Source: the human T2T-CHM13v2.0 reference genome, Homo sapiens. Taken from it: 64,000 bases of DNA. The position numbers and the translations under genes were made by a program. Where the stretch lies: the NCBI RefSeq assembly GCF_009914755.1, contig NC_060927.1. One strand, written 5' to 3'. The notes under the pieces were generated by a model. That model was not told the origin of the DNA and did no database searches. It saw only the letters and a program-made list of their open reading frames with translations. Each line of letters begins with the position of its first letter. Position 1 is the first letter of the stretch. Shown one piece after another: positions 30,116 through 44,674 of the stretch.

Positions 30116-31500
30116 CTTCATGGATTTATCTACCTTTGGTCTTTGATGGTGACCTTCAGATGGGGTTTCTGAGTGGATGTCCTTTTTGTTGATGTTGATG
30201 CTATTCCTTTCTGTTTGTTAGTTTTCCTTCTAACAGCCAGACCCCTCTGCTGCAGGTCTGCTGGAGTTTGCTGGAGGTCCACTCCAGACCCTGTTTGCCT
30301 GAGTACCACCAGTGGAGGCTGCAGAACAGCAGCAATTGCTGCCTGTTCCTTCCTCTGGAAGCTTCATCCCAGAAGGGCACCCACCAGATGCCAGCCCAAA
30401 CTCTCCTGTATTTGTCTGTCAACCCCTGCTGGGAGGTGTCTCCCAGTCAGGAGGCATGGGGGTCAGGGACCCACTTAAGGAGGCAGTCTGTCCCTTAGCA
30501 GAGCTCGAACACTGTGTTAGGAGATCCACTGCTCTCTTCAGAGCCAGCAGGCAGGGACGTTTAAGTCTGCTGAAGCTGTGCCACAGCCTCCCCTTCCCCC
30601 ATTGGCTCTGTCCCAGGGAGATTGGGGTTTTATCTTTAATCCCCTGACTGGGGCTGCTGCCTTTTTTTCGGTGATGCCCTGCCCAGAGAGGAGGAATCTA
30701 GAGAGACAGTCTGACTACAGAGGCTTTGCCAAGCTGCGGTGGGCTCTGCCCAGTTCAAACTTCCCAGCAGCTTTGTTTACACTATGAGGGGAAAACCACC
30801 TACTCAAGCCTCAGTAATGGCAGATGCCCCTCCCCCCACCAAGCTTGAGCATCCCAGGTTGACTTCAGACTGCTGTGCTGGCAGTGCAAATTTCAAGCTG
30901 GTGGATCTTAGCTTTCTGGGCTCTGTGGGGGTGGGATCCGCTGAGCTAGACCACTTGGCTCCCTGGCTTCAGCCCCCTTTCCAGGGAAGTGAACGATTTT
31001 GTCTCGCTGGCATTCCAGGTGCCACTGGAGTATGAAAAACAACTCCTGCAGCTAGCTCAGTGTCTGCTCAAATGGCCACCCAGTTTTGTGCTTGAAACCC
31101 AGGGCCCTGGTGGCATAGGCACCCGAGGGAATCTCCTGGTCTGTGGGTTGCAAAGACCATGGGAAAAGCATAGTATCTGGGCCAGAGTGCACCATTCCTC
31201 ATGGCACAGTCCCTCATGGCTTCCCTTGGCTAGGCGACGCCCCACCCTGCTTCAGCTCACCCTCTGTGGGCTGCACCCATTGTCTAACCAGTCCCAATGA
31301 GATGAGCTTGGTACCTCAGTTGGAAATGGAGAAATCACCCGCCTTCTGTGTTGATCTCACTGGCAGCTGCTGACTGGAGCTGTTCCTATTCGGCCATCTT
31401 GCCCATTCCATCCAAAAGTAGTTTTTGAAAATTAACATGGGGATTAAGGATTCAGCTATTTTTCAGAAAGCAGAGCTTTAAGAAAGCAGAGCTCTAGAAC

Positions 31501-32014
31501 CAGGGCTTCATGGACGTGAGACCAGTGCAGTTACACAGAGCCCTAGGTTCAGGAAGGAGCCCACACATGGGGTTTCATAAAATTTTATCTTTGAATTTGT
31601 GTTTTATGAGTGAAAGCTGATAACACAGTGGAACACAGGCTCAAGGCTTAAAGCCTTGCTCATGTGCTGTCTTGCCTTTAAGACATCTACCTGGGAAGGT
31701 TCCTCTGCCACCTAGCCCTTAATCCCCATCCCATAACTACTGCAATCTTCCATTCCCAATGGGATCCTAGGTAATAGTGAGGAAGGGTTGCCGTGAGGTA
31801 AGACTGCCAGGTCCCTATAAGTGTCTACACTCCCCTGCAGAGTATCTGCCCTAGTTCCTGAGGGAGAATGACATTAAATACCCAACAAAAAGCACAATGA
31901 CAGGTCCACAGACAAATACAGACCCCCCAAAAAACAGCTTTTCTCTTGTTTCTTGAACAAGGATTTCTGCGTTGTCATTTAGCACTGGGCCCCACAAATT
32001 ATGTAGCTGGCCTG
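31501..32014. mobile_element. hAT-Tip100 non-autonomous element (MER91/Zaphod-like)
   Basis: Ends cagggcttcatggacgtg... and ...gcactgggccccacaaattatgtagctggcctg; 8 bp TSD tctagaac / tctagagc. Confidence 0.75.
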
Positions 32015-32022
32015 TCTAGAGC

Positions 32023-32184
32023 CTTACTACTCAAAGTGTGGTTGCAGGACCAGCAGCATTGGTATCACCTGGGAACATATGGAAACGTAGAATCCCAAGC
32101 CCTACCCAAACCTACTAAAGAAGAATCTGCATTTTAACAAGATCCCTGGATGATTTGTATGACATTAAAGTTTGAGAAGCAGTG
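32023..32184. mobile_element. MER5-family MITE
   Basis: ctactcaaagtgtggt...gaccagcagcatt...gaatctgcattttaacaagatcc...acattaaagtttgagaagcagtg. Confidence 0.88.
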
Positions 32185-33230
32185 GTCTAAAACACACTCT
32201 GGGATTCAGTCACCTATTGGATGACATCTATGTTCTTGCCCCAATTATTTTTATTATGATTGTTAAATGAATTGTCCTTTTCTTTGACATAAAGCAACTA
32301 CTATTCATGTTGGAAGATGGGAGGCAGAGGGAAAGAAAGTTGGCCAATAAGAAACACTGAAAAAGGAATTGCTCTGAGCACCAAGCTTTGCCAACCCTGT
32401 TACTCGAAATTATACTTGCCCTGTTTTCTACCCTTGGGCTTAAGGCTTAGCATCTTTCCTAGCAGACTGAGTGCCTTATTGAGGGAAACTGTAGCCAGCT
32501 TAAAATAAACTGCAGCTCTCCTGGAAATTGCTTTGACCTTTATTTGCATAAGTCTTCAAAACTTGCCAGCTCTGGAAAAGATGGGAAAGGAGCACCTTAT
32601 TTTTATTCTTGGCGGAACTGATTTTTGAGCTTGCATGTGAGTTACTTAGCATGGTATGGTTGGTGTTGTTTTAGTAACTTTTTAGGTTCTAGGAAAGATT
32701 ATTGTAAAAAGCAACCAACAGGAATATGAAATAAACCCCTATGCCTTCCTCTTGCCCACTCCCCAAGCTTCCTGGGGAAAAGTATCTGTCCTGGCCAGAG
32801 TTAGTGGGAAGGTTGGAGCTGACAGAAAGCTGCTGTCCAGTTGCAGTGAGGGCCGAGGCAAATTTTCTCTCCAGGTGTGGAAGGGGCAATCTCCAGGAGT
32901 GAGAGAAATGGGAGCAATCAGTTGCTGGTACTTGTGTCTTTATCATGAAGGCATAACTGGTGAATGTACTATGAGCAACACATTGTTAATTTGTATTATG
33001 CCCTTTACAAGGTTTGTCCCTGTTAATCCAGTATTTCCATAACTAGGGATCTAGTCCAAGGAAAGATCAGAGACTTTGGCACAGAATTAAGCTGGAGAAT
33101 ATTCATCTCAATTATATCTATAGGAGCAAGAAGTTCAAAGTGGGATACATGCCCCAACAGGTAGTGCAAAAGGAGGATGTATGTGAGACATATTAGAATT
33201 TGCATTTAACTTTTAAAATTTAAAAAATAG

Positions 33231-33839
<609 letters not shown>

Positions 33840-34179
33840 TTTTACTAATATGTAAAATGGGGACTCCACCTTGCTTCTTTACTTGGTCCCTAAGTCAAGC
33901 AGGCACATGTTATATGAGATATGTTGAGAAAAGAATGGGAATTTCATAACATGAGTCTCTTCTCTCTGACATAGCAACTACATGGATATAATTTATAAAT
34001 GATCATTGGAGTGGACAGTTTTTTACTGATGGGATGTGAAGCACCTTATAAGAGATCTAAGGACGTGCACAGGGAGTACTCTGCTCCCAGTTCCAGGGAG
34101 GAAAGAGCAGCATAGGGCCAAATTGTAAATTCAGCTCTATGGATTGCCCTGAGCTCTTGCTAATGGGCCAGTTTTAGCT

Positions 34180-34180
<1 letters not shown>

Positions 34181-34218
<38 letters not shown>

Positions 34219-34499
34219 AGACAGAGCCTTGTTCTTTCACCCAGGCTGGAGTGCCGTGGTGCGATCTGAGCTCATTGCAACCTCCGCCTCCCAAGTTCAA
34301 GTGATTCTCCTGTCTCAGCCTCCAGAGTAGCTGGGATTACAGGCAAGTGCCACCACACCCAGCTAATTTTTATATTTTTAGTAGAGACGAGGTTTCACCA
34401 TGTTGGCCAGGCTGGTCCCAAACTCGTGACCTCAGGTGATCCGCCCACCTCAGCCTTCCAAAATGCCGGGATTACAGGCATGAGCCACTGCACCCAACC
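34181..34499 (-). mobile_element. AluSx-like, antisense, with a T36 tail
   Basis: TSD cagttttagctt on both sides. Confidence 0.95.
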
Positions 34500-35201
34500 C
34501 AGTTTTAGCTTTTTAATGGAAAGTAGTGTTGTTTCAGTTGATGGAATATTTCTTTCCCTCAGTTTCAACATGTTTTATAAGAGCCTTCAGGATGTTTCAT
34601 TAAAAACTGTAGCTCTCTCAGCAGATTTCATTACACCTCAACTTTCATTACCAACTCTTACCCTCTGAACACAACTTTGGCCTTCTGCTCCATTCTGCTG
34701 AAGTTTAAAGCTGCAGATAGGACCTCTGGTCAGCATTTTGCTTTCCATTGCAAAAAAAGCTAATGCTCAGGTATAAGATTAAGATAAAAGGAAAACTAAG
34801 CTTATTAGAAAAATTCCTAGTCACTTAGTCAAACATCCACACCTGCTGAAAGAGAATGGCCAAAGGGTCCTCAGGAACACTTGCTTTTCTATAGATACAT
34901 TTCCCCCTGAGTTTTCTAGGATAAAAAGCTCATCTTTTAAATAATGGTGTTTTGTTTAAACAATCCTTTGTGAGAGAGGCTTTCTCCTGGAATACCTTGT
35001 GCATATTAAAACTGTAAATAATCTTGTCATTTGGAATAAATCTTCTTAATGTGCGTGTTATAATTGAATTCATCTCTAATTAATGTAGCATTACCATGTG
35101 GCAAAGGTGGATTAGCTTCTGTTTTCTGATTGCCCTTGAACATCGCCTTGAAGTTGCAGGATTGCTGATGAAGTCAATAAGGGCTGTGCATTGATTTTCA
35201 G

Positions 35202-35298
35202 ACACAAAGACCATCACCACCATGGCTGAAGACATGTCCCCAGGACCACCAATTTTCAACAGTGTGATGGCCAGGACCAAGATGAAACGCATGAGGGA
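35202..35298 (+). CDS. NEK11: NEK11 coding exon (probably penultimate), 97 nt, phase 1 to 2, encoding (D)TKTITTMAEDMSPGPPIFNSVMARTKMKRMR(E)
   Basis: Acceptor ttgattttcAG (35200-01) and donor GTAAGT (35299); joins the previous exon in frame (G|AC = Asp) and continues the recalled NEK11 sequence. Confidence 0.95.
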
Positions 35299-35680
35299 GT
35301 AAGTAGCATGTTGCCTGCCCCCTAGGAAGGTGCAGTGTTAAAGCATATTGACCAAGTGTGTGACCCAGTCATGTGATACTGTCTTAGTCCATTTGTGCTG
35401 CCGTGACAAAATACCTGGGACTAAGCTGTTCCAACTTAGAAACTTCTCTCTAAAATTCACTTTCTGTATTGGTGCTGGTCGAATAATTAGGGAAGTTTGG
35501 CAAGAATTATTTTTCAGTTGATTTGCACTTATAGTATTCTTGCAGCACAGCACATTCTCATCCATGCTAATGTTTGAAAGCAAAGGAGAAAAAAATGCTG
35601 AAAATTATTTCCAAGCCTAAAGCTGTTACTATGTTTATATACTTATTGTTTTCTAGCCCTACCTGTACCAGAGTGGTCTT

Positions 35681-36818
<1,138 letters not shown>

Positions 36819-37829
36819 AGAGTGGTCTTATAATAACATAATTACCATGGCAAGAACTGATTCCCAGAAATTGAAAGTGAGGGAGTATGGATTAATTTTT
36901 CCCTCTGTAGAGGGAAACTACCTCCACCTCTCCTTGCTTGGAGGAGATAATATAGAAGGTGTTGCTAATTTCCCAGTTGATAGTCTTTAAAGAGAAGAAA
37001 AGTGGTTTGCTTATTTTACCCGTAAAAGTTAACAATGTGGTGTCAGATTTTTGATCTAAGACTTCATTACTTTTGCAAAGTACACAATACCCCATTTCCT
37101 AGCATATTATGAAATGTTTTAAATAATTAAAATGAAAATATTTTGCTAAATTAATTGGCCAAGATGCATTCTAATGATTTTATTCCTAGTGTGTTGTTTT
37201 TTTTCTCCTTATTGCTTGGCTGTAATTGACCAAGTACTTTCTGGCTCACCTTTTTCATGTGGGCTACTGCAGTTTGGGTTACTCCCCCATGGATGGTATT
37301 GCTCCTCTAGTGGAATAACCTGCCATCCTTTTATATTTTATATTGTGAATCCTTATGCCATTCCAGAAAAGGCAAAAGGAAATCAAGGCTGCAAATCTGC
37401 ATGTCTTTTGAGCATGTTGTGTTTTCTCAGTTTCAAAGACTTAGAAGCCAGCCAGAGAGAGGAAATCTTGCTGTTCTTTCTCTGCACTGTGATATACTGC
37501 ATGCTCAGCATATGGATGGCAACTATTGGGATGCCAAGAAGAATAGTTAATGACATTTGTCTCCATAGAGATTATAATGTAGAGAAAACACAAAACTTCA
37601 AATGCAAAACGTTAAATGACAACATAGTGGTTATGTAATATGAGGTGATAATTAAGAAAAGTCCCCAAATAGGAGCATGGCCATGAGCCAAATAGATGAT
37701 GAGAGCTCTAAGATCAGAAAGGGGAAGTTGGGAGACCTCTGGGAGAAGCAGGGACTTAGCCTTCACCTTGGCCTTCACAGAGGGATGTAATTTGGAGAGG
37801 TAAAGAAAAAGGAGGAGAAGCTGGAGGTC

Positions 37830-37935
37830 AGCAGATTTGGTGTCTGAGTCTTGGCTTCACTAATAAATGGCTGTCTAACCTTTGACAAGTGATTTTCTAA
37901 GATTCAGTTTCTTTATCTATAAAATGGTCATATTA
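37830..37935 (+). mobile_element. MIR fragment
   Basis: acctttgacaagtg...tcagtttctttatctataaaatgg. Confidence 0.6.
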
Positions 37936-37939
37936 ATTG

Positions 37940-38240
37940 CCACAGCTGGATTCCCAGGAAGCATACTCAGAGATGGAGATTAATGTGTAGGAGGAGGTTT
38001 GTGAGGGAATCTTCTGGAGACCAACACCTGTAGAAAGGAGGAGGAAGGAAGCAGACTGGTCAGGGAGAAGTCAAGCTGTGACATGGGTCATTAGAGGCCT
38101 CTGCCAACCCCATTGGGAGTTCTGGGGCTAGATGGCCCTGCAGAACTGTGCTGAGTTGGGACAAGAGGGCCTTTGTAACCCCAAGTCAATCAGACATTGC
38201 ATGTGGGCCACTCTGGGAAGGGGCCGTGACTGAACAAGAT
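37940..38240 (-). mobile_element. ERVL LTR (LTR40/41-like)
   Basis: gagatggagattaatgtg...ccaacacctgtag...gggagaagtcaagctgtga...gatggccctgcagaactgtgctgagttggg. Confidence 0.7.
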
Positions 38241-38254
38241 GTTCACTTCTGTAT

Positions 38255-39030
38255 TTACCAGTATAGACTTCATCTGGATTTGCCAGTTGTTAACACTTTG
38301 TCACATTTTTGTAATTTTTCTTTATATCTATCTATATAATATATATACATATACACTTATAAATTATTATTATTACTGATCCGTTTGAGAATAGATTCCA
38401 TGCTTCATGATTCTTCAACCCTAAATATTTAAATGAGTAGCTTCTAAAAACAAGAACATTCTCTTAATATAACCATAGTATGATGATTGAATTCAGGAAA
38501 TTTCACATCAGTACATACTATTATTTAACATACAAATCCATATTCAGATTTCATTGATTATCCCAATAATACCCATTATAGCAATTGTTTTTCTGATTCA
38601 GGATACAAGCCAGGATCACACATTACACTCAGTTGCTATGTCTCTTTGGTGTATTTACTCTAGAATGGTTCCTTAGTCATTCTTCATCTTTCATGACACT
38701 GACATTTTTGAAGAGTGCAGGCCAGTTGTTTTGTAAGATATCTCTTACTGTGGGTTTGTCTGTTGTTTCCTCATTATGAGCTTCAGGTTATACACTTTTG
38801 GTGGTAGCCTACATAAGAAATATTGTTTGTCCTGAACTTTTAAACATTTAATTATAGGAAGTTTCAGCCACATATAAAAGTAGTCAGAGTAGTATAATTT
38901 TTCTGTAGACTAATCAACCCAACCAGTTTAACAGTTATCACCCATGACCAATCTTGTTTTTCTATACTTCCACCTGTTCTCACATGTTACTTTTAAGGAA
39001 GTCCTATTCATCATATGTTATATCCATAAG
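38255..39030 (-). mobile_element. L1MC-type 3' fragments
   Basis: ccctaaatattt...ctaaaaacaagaacattctc...aaccatagta...gacatttttgaagagtgcaggccagttg. Confidence 0.75.
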
Positions 39031-39064
39031 TATTTAAATAAATATGTGAATTTTGATCTGCTCT

Positions 39065-39175
39065 TTGACACTTTCCCTTGGATGTCCATTAGGCATCTCA
39101 AGCTCAGGATTTCCAAAACTGAACTCCTAAATTTCCCTACCACATCTGCCCCCTCCACAGCCTTCCCCATTGTTA
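39065..39175 (+). mobile_element. L2 fragment
   Basis: cttggatgtccattaggcatctcaagctca...ccaaaactgaactcct. Confidence 0.7.
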
Positions 39176-39419
39176 CATAAGCAAAGGCAAGATCTAGTTA
39201 AGAAAGAACCTTCCAGCTCAGTAAGTAGTGCCTGAAGGCTTACTTAGTGTGTGACAGTTTAAGGATATCAGGCAAATGACTTTGTCGTCTCCTCTATGAA
39301 GAAGTTGGGTGGCAACACACCTGGTGATCATGCTGCCATCCTTCTCCAAGTTCTCTAAACTGGGGGCCCTGGGGCTTTGTAAGTATTAATATATGCGATG
39401 TCAGGCATAGAGTAGACCC

Positions 39420-39668
39420 TAGCACAGTGGTCAGAAGGGAAGATGCAGGGGGCAAGCTGCTGGGATTTATATCCCTCCTTGCCACTGACTAATATGTGTC
39501 CTTGGACAAGTTAACCAAACTCTTTGGGCCTCAGATTTCTCATCTGTGAAGTGGGACTAATAATGATTTTTGCCTCATAGAGTTGTTGTTAGGGTGAGTT
39601 GAGATAATGTATGAAATGCACTAAGAATAGTTTATGGCACATAGTAAGTGCTCAGTAAATGTTAACAA
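39420..39668 (+). mobile_element. MIR, near full length
   Basis: ccttggacaagtta...gggcctcagatttctcatctgtgaagtggg...ggcacatagtaagtgctcagtaaatgtt. Confidence 0.85.
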
Positions 39669-40546
39669 CTTAGACTCTCAATATATGTGTGGTTGCTTCA
39701 CTTTGAAAATCCCCAAGCCAAGTGTCTGAAGGTGTTGACATGTGTTTGTGATGTTTTATACCTGAGGGCATTGGTAAGTGAAGCAGCTGTTTGTTAAGAC
39801 ATGCATGTAGTATCTTTTTAGCATGCGAAAAGTGCTAGTGCCAATTCTCTGAGAAAATGCCATGAAGTTGTTTAATATAAATTCCAGACATTTGCCATTC
39901 TCCAACTGACTTCTGGCCACAGCCACTTCTCACTCTTGCAGGGAGACTACTCCATAAATGAAACTCCCCTACTGGTGCACAAACAACATCAGCTCTCAGA
40001 AGTTATTAGGTGGTACTGCTCAAAGTCATTGGAATGTTGGCAAAATGACAAGAAGTCAGTGTTGACTTCTTTTCTGACTGAGGAATTTCCATGTACATTT
40101 GAAGAGTGGTTGCTATTCATGTATGGATAGATAAATGATGAATGGATAGATGAATTGATGGATAGGTAGGTGGATGGATGGGTGAACGGGTGGATAAGTG
40201 GGCCTTTGTGGCTCCATGGTCCTCCTGAAACTTCTGCTCTCAGGAAAGGGTTTCTGTTCAAAAAAGTTTTTTGTTTTGTTTTGTTTTTTTTTGTTTTTTT
40301 ACACCTCAAGCCAGATTAAATTCCAGGCCTGGCTCCATGCTCCCACTAGAAGCCAAAAAGGAGACCCTGTGGAATGACGGCTCGTCAGCTTTCAGCTCTG
40401 AGGAGGGCAAGGGGCCACTGTGACTAAGACTGGTCCTTTAACTCACAGAGGCCAAGGCAATGTACATGAAGGGCCTGCTCTATCTAAATGAATTATCCTC
40501 TTGGCCTCAGCTTTATACATCAAGTAAGACCACTGGTGTCCTGTGC

Positions 40547-40700
40547 CTTACTACTTAGAGTGTGGTCCCTGACCTGCACCAGGGACATCATCTGGAAACC
40601 CGTGAGAAATGCAAACTCTCTGGCCCCCTCCCTCCTGAATCAGAATCTGAATTTTAAACTATTTAGAAATTCATATACACATTAAAGTTTGAGACATTTG
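40547..40700. mobile_element. MER5-family MITE
   Basis: ctacttagagtgtggtccc...agaaatgcaaa...gaatcagaatctg...cacattaaagtttgaga. Confidence 0.8.
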
Positions 40701-40814
40701 TTACCAGAATGTGAGTTGGAATCAGTCTTAATAAAAATCAAATATTATATAAAATATATTAATATATTTATGTTTTAAGGCCCTAATATTTTTGACTTTT
40801 AAAAATTTACTTAT

Positions 40815-41088
40815 GCTGGGAGTGGCAGCTCACACCTGTAATCCCAGCACTTTGAGAGACCAAGGAAGATTGATCACCTGAGGTCAGGAGTTTGAGACCA
40901 GCCTAAATTACTAAAAATACAAAAATTAGCCGGGCATGGTGGCACACGTCTGTAATCCCAGCTACTAGGGAAGGTGAGACAGGAGAATCGCTTGAACCCA
41001 GGAGACAGGTTGCAGTGAGCTGAGATCACGCCATTGCACTCCAGACTTGGCAACAAGAGCGAAACTCGGTCTCAAAAAATAAAATAAA
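40815..41088 (+). mobile_element. AluS with an internal deletion in the left arm
   Basis: Dimer lacking the ggccaacatggtgaaacc segment; TSD-like aaatttacttat / aaattcacttat. Confidence 0.9.
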
Positions 41089-41109
41089 TTCACTTATTTT
41101 CCATTTATT

Positions 41110-41410
41110 TTAATAAGGAGTATATAATTTACATGCAGCAAAACTCACCTCTTTTTATATATAGTTCTATAAATTTTGATTTGTATACAATAAGATTCAC
41201 TCTTTTTAGTAAACAGTTCTATCAGTGTTGACAAGTGCAAATAGTCGTATAATTATCAGCACAATCAAGATTATTATAGAACGGTTCTCTGTCCCCGAAA
41301 ATTCCCTGTGCTCCCCCTTTGTAGTCAGCTCCTCCCACCATACCCTGTACCTCACAACCATGGTCTACTTTCTGTCCCTATAGTTTTTCCTTTTTATAAT
41401 GTCATATTAG
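41110..41410 (-). mobile_element. L1MC/MD-type 3' fragment
   Basis: cacaatcaagat...aaaattccctgtgctccccctttgtagtc...ttctgtccctatagtttt. Confidence 0.7.
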
Positions 41411-42039
41411 TGAAATCATCACTTAGCATCATAGACCCCCATTGTAACTGGATAGTTAGTTATGAATATGGATCTAGATCTATGCATAGTCATATGCTAG
41501 AGCCTTGCAATTTTGAATAACTTCATTCTCCACAGAACTGTCACAAGGAGACTCAGGTCTGGCATTAAAGTCACAGGCACCTCACTAGTAGCGGTCCCGA
41601 AGGTTTCTGTCCCCAGTAAGAGTCTGCTGTTAGAGAAACTTGCTACCCAGAAAATTTTGAGGCTGAACTGCTGGTTTCCCTGTCAGACTTGTCAGCTTTT
41701 TGCAATGGCTGGGAGGCCTTAGTTCCTGGAAACAGTGTGAGTAGAGGGAGTCTCCTTCATCTTGCTCTATTGAGATTTCTAGGGATCAGATCCACCTCAC
41801 TAAAAAGCTCAATAATGGAAAAGGCCTGAGAATCTGGGGGAGCTTCTGAGCCCACTTTTCCAATTGGAAGTCAGGGACCTGAAAAACATCTGGGCCCTAA
41901 GAAACAGTTTAATGACAGGGATGGCATCATTTTCTGGTGACATTCTCTGAATCACCTTTGCATTGCCAATTCATGCAGTGAGCACAGGAAAAAAATAATC
42001 TTTGTAGGGATACGTGTTCTCCACTTTAGGAACTGCAAT

Positions 42040-42840
42040 TACACATATAGTAGGCTATTTGAAGTTGTCCCACAGCTTACTGGTGCTATGCTCTTTTTTT
42101 TTAAGGCTTTTTTTTCCCTCTCTGTCTGTCATTTTGGATAGTTTCTTTTGCTATGTCTTAAAATTTATTAATCTTTTCTTCTGCAATGTCTAATCTACTG
42201 TTAATCTCATTCAGTGTATGTTTATAAATAGACATTATAAGCAGTTTGAGATTCATAGCAAAATTGACTGGAACATTCAGTGTATTCTTCATCTTAGACA
42301 TTAAGTTTTCATCTCTAGAAGTTTGGTTTGAGTCTTTTTGTTACATCTTTCTTGTCTCTGTTTAACATGTTCAATATTTCCTCTATTTAACAAGTAGAGT
42401 ACAGTTATACTAATTATTTTGATGTCTTTGACATTGTGAGTTAAAACTCACCCTGTGTGGGTGTTGGATAATTCTGTATTCCAATAAATAGCCGGGATCT
42501 TTGTTTTAGTTGCTTGGAAGCAGTTTGATACTTTTGGTTTTTACTTTTGAGCTTTGTTATGTGGGACCAGGGCAGCATTTAGGCTACAGCTGGTTATTTC
42601 CCATTACTGCAGCAAGACCCTTCTGGGTTCTCTATGCAATGGCTGATGAATGACCAGGTTTACCAGTTTGGCAAGTATGAAGGTCTGAAGAGGCACTATT
42701 CATGGCCCAATGTGAGCCCCAAGTACTATTCTCTCTCATCCTCTCGTGTCCTTCCCTCTCTCAGCTCAGTAATCTCCTCACATGCACGTGCTGGTCTACA
42801 CTCAGCTGAATCACACTGTATGTGTGGGTATACACAGGTT
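42040..42840 (-). mobile_element. Old L1M 5'/ORF1 fragment
   Basis: ttttggatagtttc...aatcttttcttctgcaatgtctaatctactgttaat...catctctagaagttt. Confidence 0.65.
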
Positions 42841-42869
42841 TATTGATTTCTTTTGCTTCACATTTTTTT

Positions 42870-43490
42870 AAACAGCTTTTGTTTTAATACTTTTGTTAAT
42901 TATGTAACATGTTTCCATGGGTCCAAAGTCAGATCTATTAAAAGCCATATTTAATGAAGACTAGCTTCTATCCTTGATCCCTTGCCCTATTTCCTCCCTT
43001 CCATGTTTAAAAATTTCAGGGCTCATCCTTTCATTTAAAAATATATTCAGATAAATGAATCTCTCTCCTGCTGCTTAAGAAATTGGTAACATATTATATA
43101 CATTTTGTCTCCTTTATTTAGTAATATATGCTGGAGCACAGTAGTATATGGCAATATTCTTCACTTCTTTTTACAGCTTCCAAGTTCTCCTCTGTGTAGA
43201 TGTACTATTGTTTATTCAACCTGTAACCTAATGACGGACATACGAGTATTTGCAGTCTTTCGCTAGTACGAATAGTGCTGTAATTAATAGCCTTGCACAT
43301 TCAGGGTTTTTTGTTTGTTTTATTGCCAATGTATCTTTGAGATAGATTTCTAGAAGTGAGATTGCTTAGTTAGAGAATAAATGCATACATAATTTTGGTA
43401 GGTATTTCCAAATGCCACTTTGCATTCCCACCAGCAAAGTATGAGAGTGTTGTTTCCCCACAAAGTACGTTATCAAACTTTTGGAGTTTA
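42870..43490 (-). mobile_element. L1ME 3' fragment
   Basis: gatagatttctagaagtgagattgc...ttgcattcccaccagcaaagtatgagagtg. Confidence 0.7.
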
Positions 43491-44674
43491 TTCTGCCTGT
43501 CTGTCTGTCTGCCTATCTATCTATCCATCCATCCATCTATTGTATATCTACTTTTGTCTTTTATAAATGTAGTATTTCATTGTGTGGTCTATTTTACTTG
43601 CTTTTGGTATATTTTTTGGAATTTAGGAAGCTATATTTTCATGTCTTACAGCAAACACACTTGAGATTAAAGTGCACAAAATGTCCCCACATCTAAATTT
43701 GGAGTGGAAGGGAAGAAACCACTTTTAGCCTCAGGTTTCAGCTGAGATATCCAACACAGCTTTCCAGAAACCTTGCTTACTGGGAGTCAAATGGTGTTGC
43801 TTGCAAAGATTAATAAAAGCGATACTTTTTTTTCTCATTTAGCTATTTAGCCAGAGATTTTTGTTTAAATTATCTTAATGAGGAGTAGGGGTTTGTGGTG
43901 TTCTAAATCTCTAATATCTAGGAGGAATCACCTTTCCAGGGCTGCTGATTTTGGTGTCATCAGTTTTAGATTATTAATGCCTAGAGATCAGACATTAGTC
44001 TGGCATTATTAATGCCATAGAGATCAGTGTAGTGACATGCACATCATGCCCAAGTGGACATTGCTTCTCCTATATGTGGACATTGTGTTTATAGTATTTA
44101 TAGAGGAAGATGAGGGGTAAGGTGATCTTCTTCATAGAACTGTCTCATGCCCTGGTATATTGAATGGCTACCACAGTGCATGCCACTGCTGATGGTCAAA
44201 ACAGGTTTCTGTATTTTTGCATCTGTGTCATAGATGCCTGTTCTCCTCCCCAGGTCAGAGCACAGCCCTGGTATAGTGCTGCCGTGAGGGCTGAAGTCAA
44301 CTATTTAGAGGCTGCAGAAGGCACAGGGATTTTCTATAAATAACAGTGAGGTCAGACCTCATAACTGATTCAGTCTCAGATAGCCGGTTCACAAGTTCTT
44401 GAAATTTCTCCTTCACTTTCAATCACAGGAATATCTTGACAGGAAGATCTAAACAGAACATGAGAAGTCCATGATCTTTATTGTCCTTCTTGTTAACCTG
44501 ATATATAGCTCATGGTACAGTAGCAATCACTTGTAAAAATGATGGTGAGACATTAAGCACTTGCTAAAAATGTTCCTAAGATAGGGTAGTAACATGAAGT
44601 TTATAATCGTACCAGCTCAGATTTTGAACTGGACCAAAGCCATAGCAATGTTTATATGGAGGGAAACTAACTTT

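Noticed and set aside
35080-35292. 70 aa minus-strand ORF
   Set aside because: Mostly the antisense shadow of the NEK11 exon
37174-37638. 154 aa ORF in non-repeat intron sequence
   Set aside because: No recognisable domain; composition typical of chance T-rich ORFs; does not match the NEK11 continuation SAMQKLG
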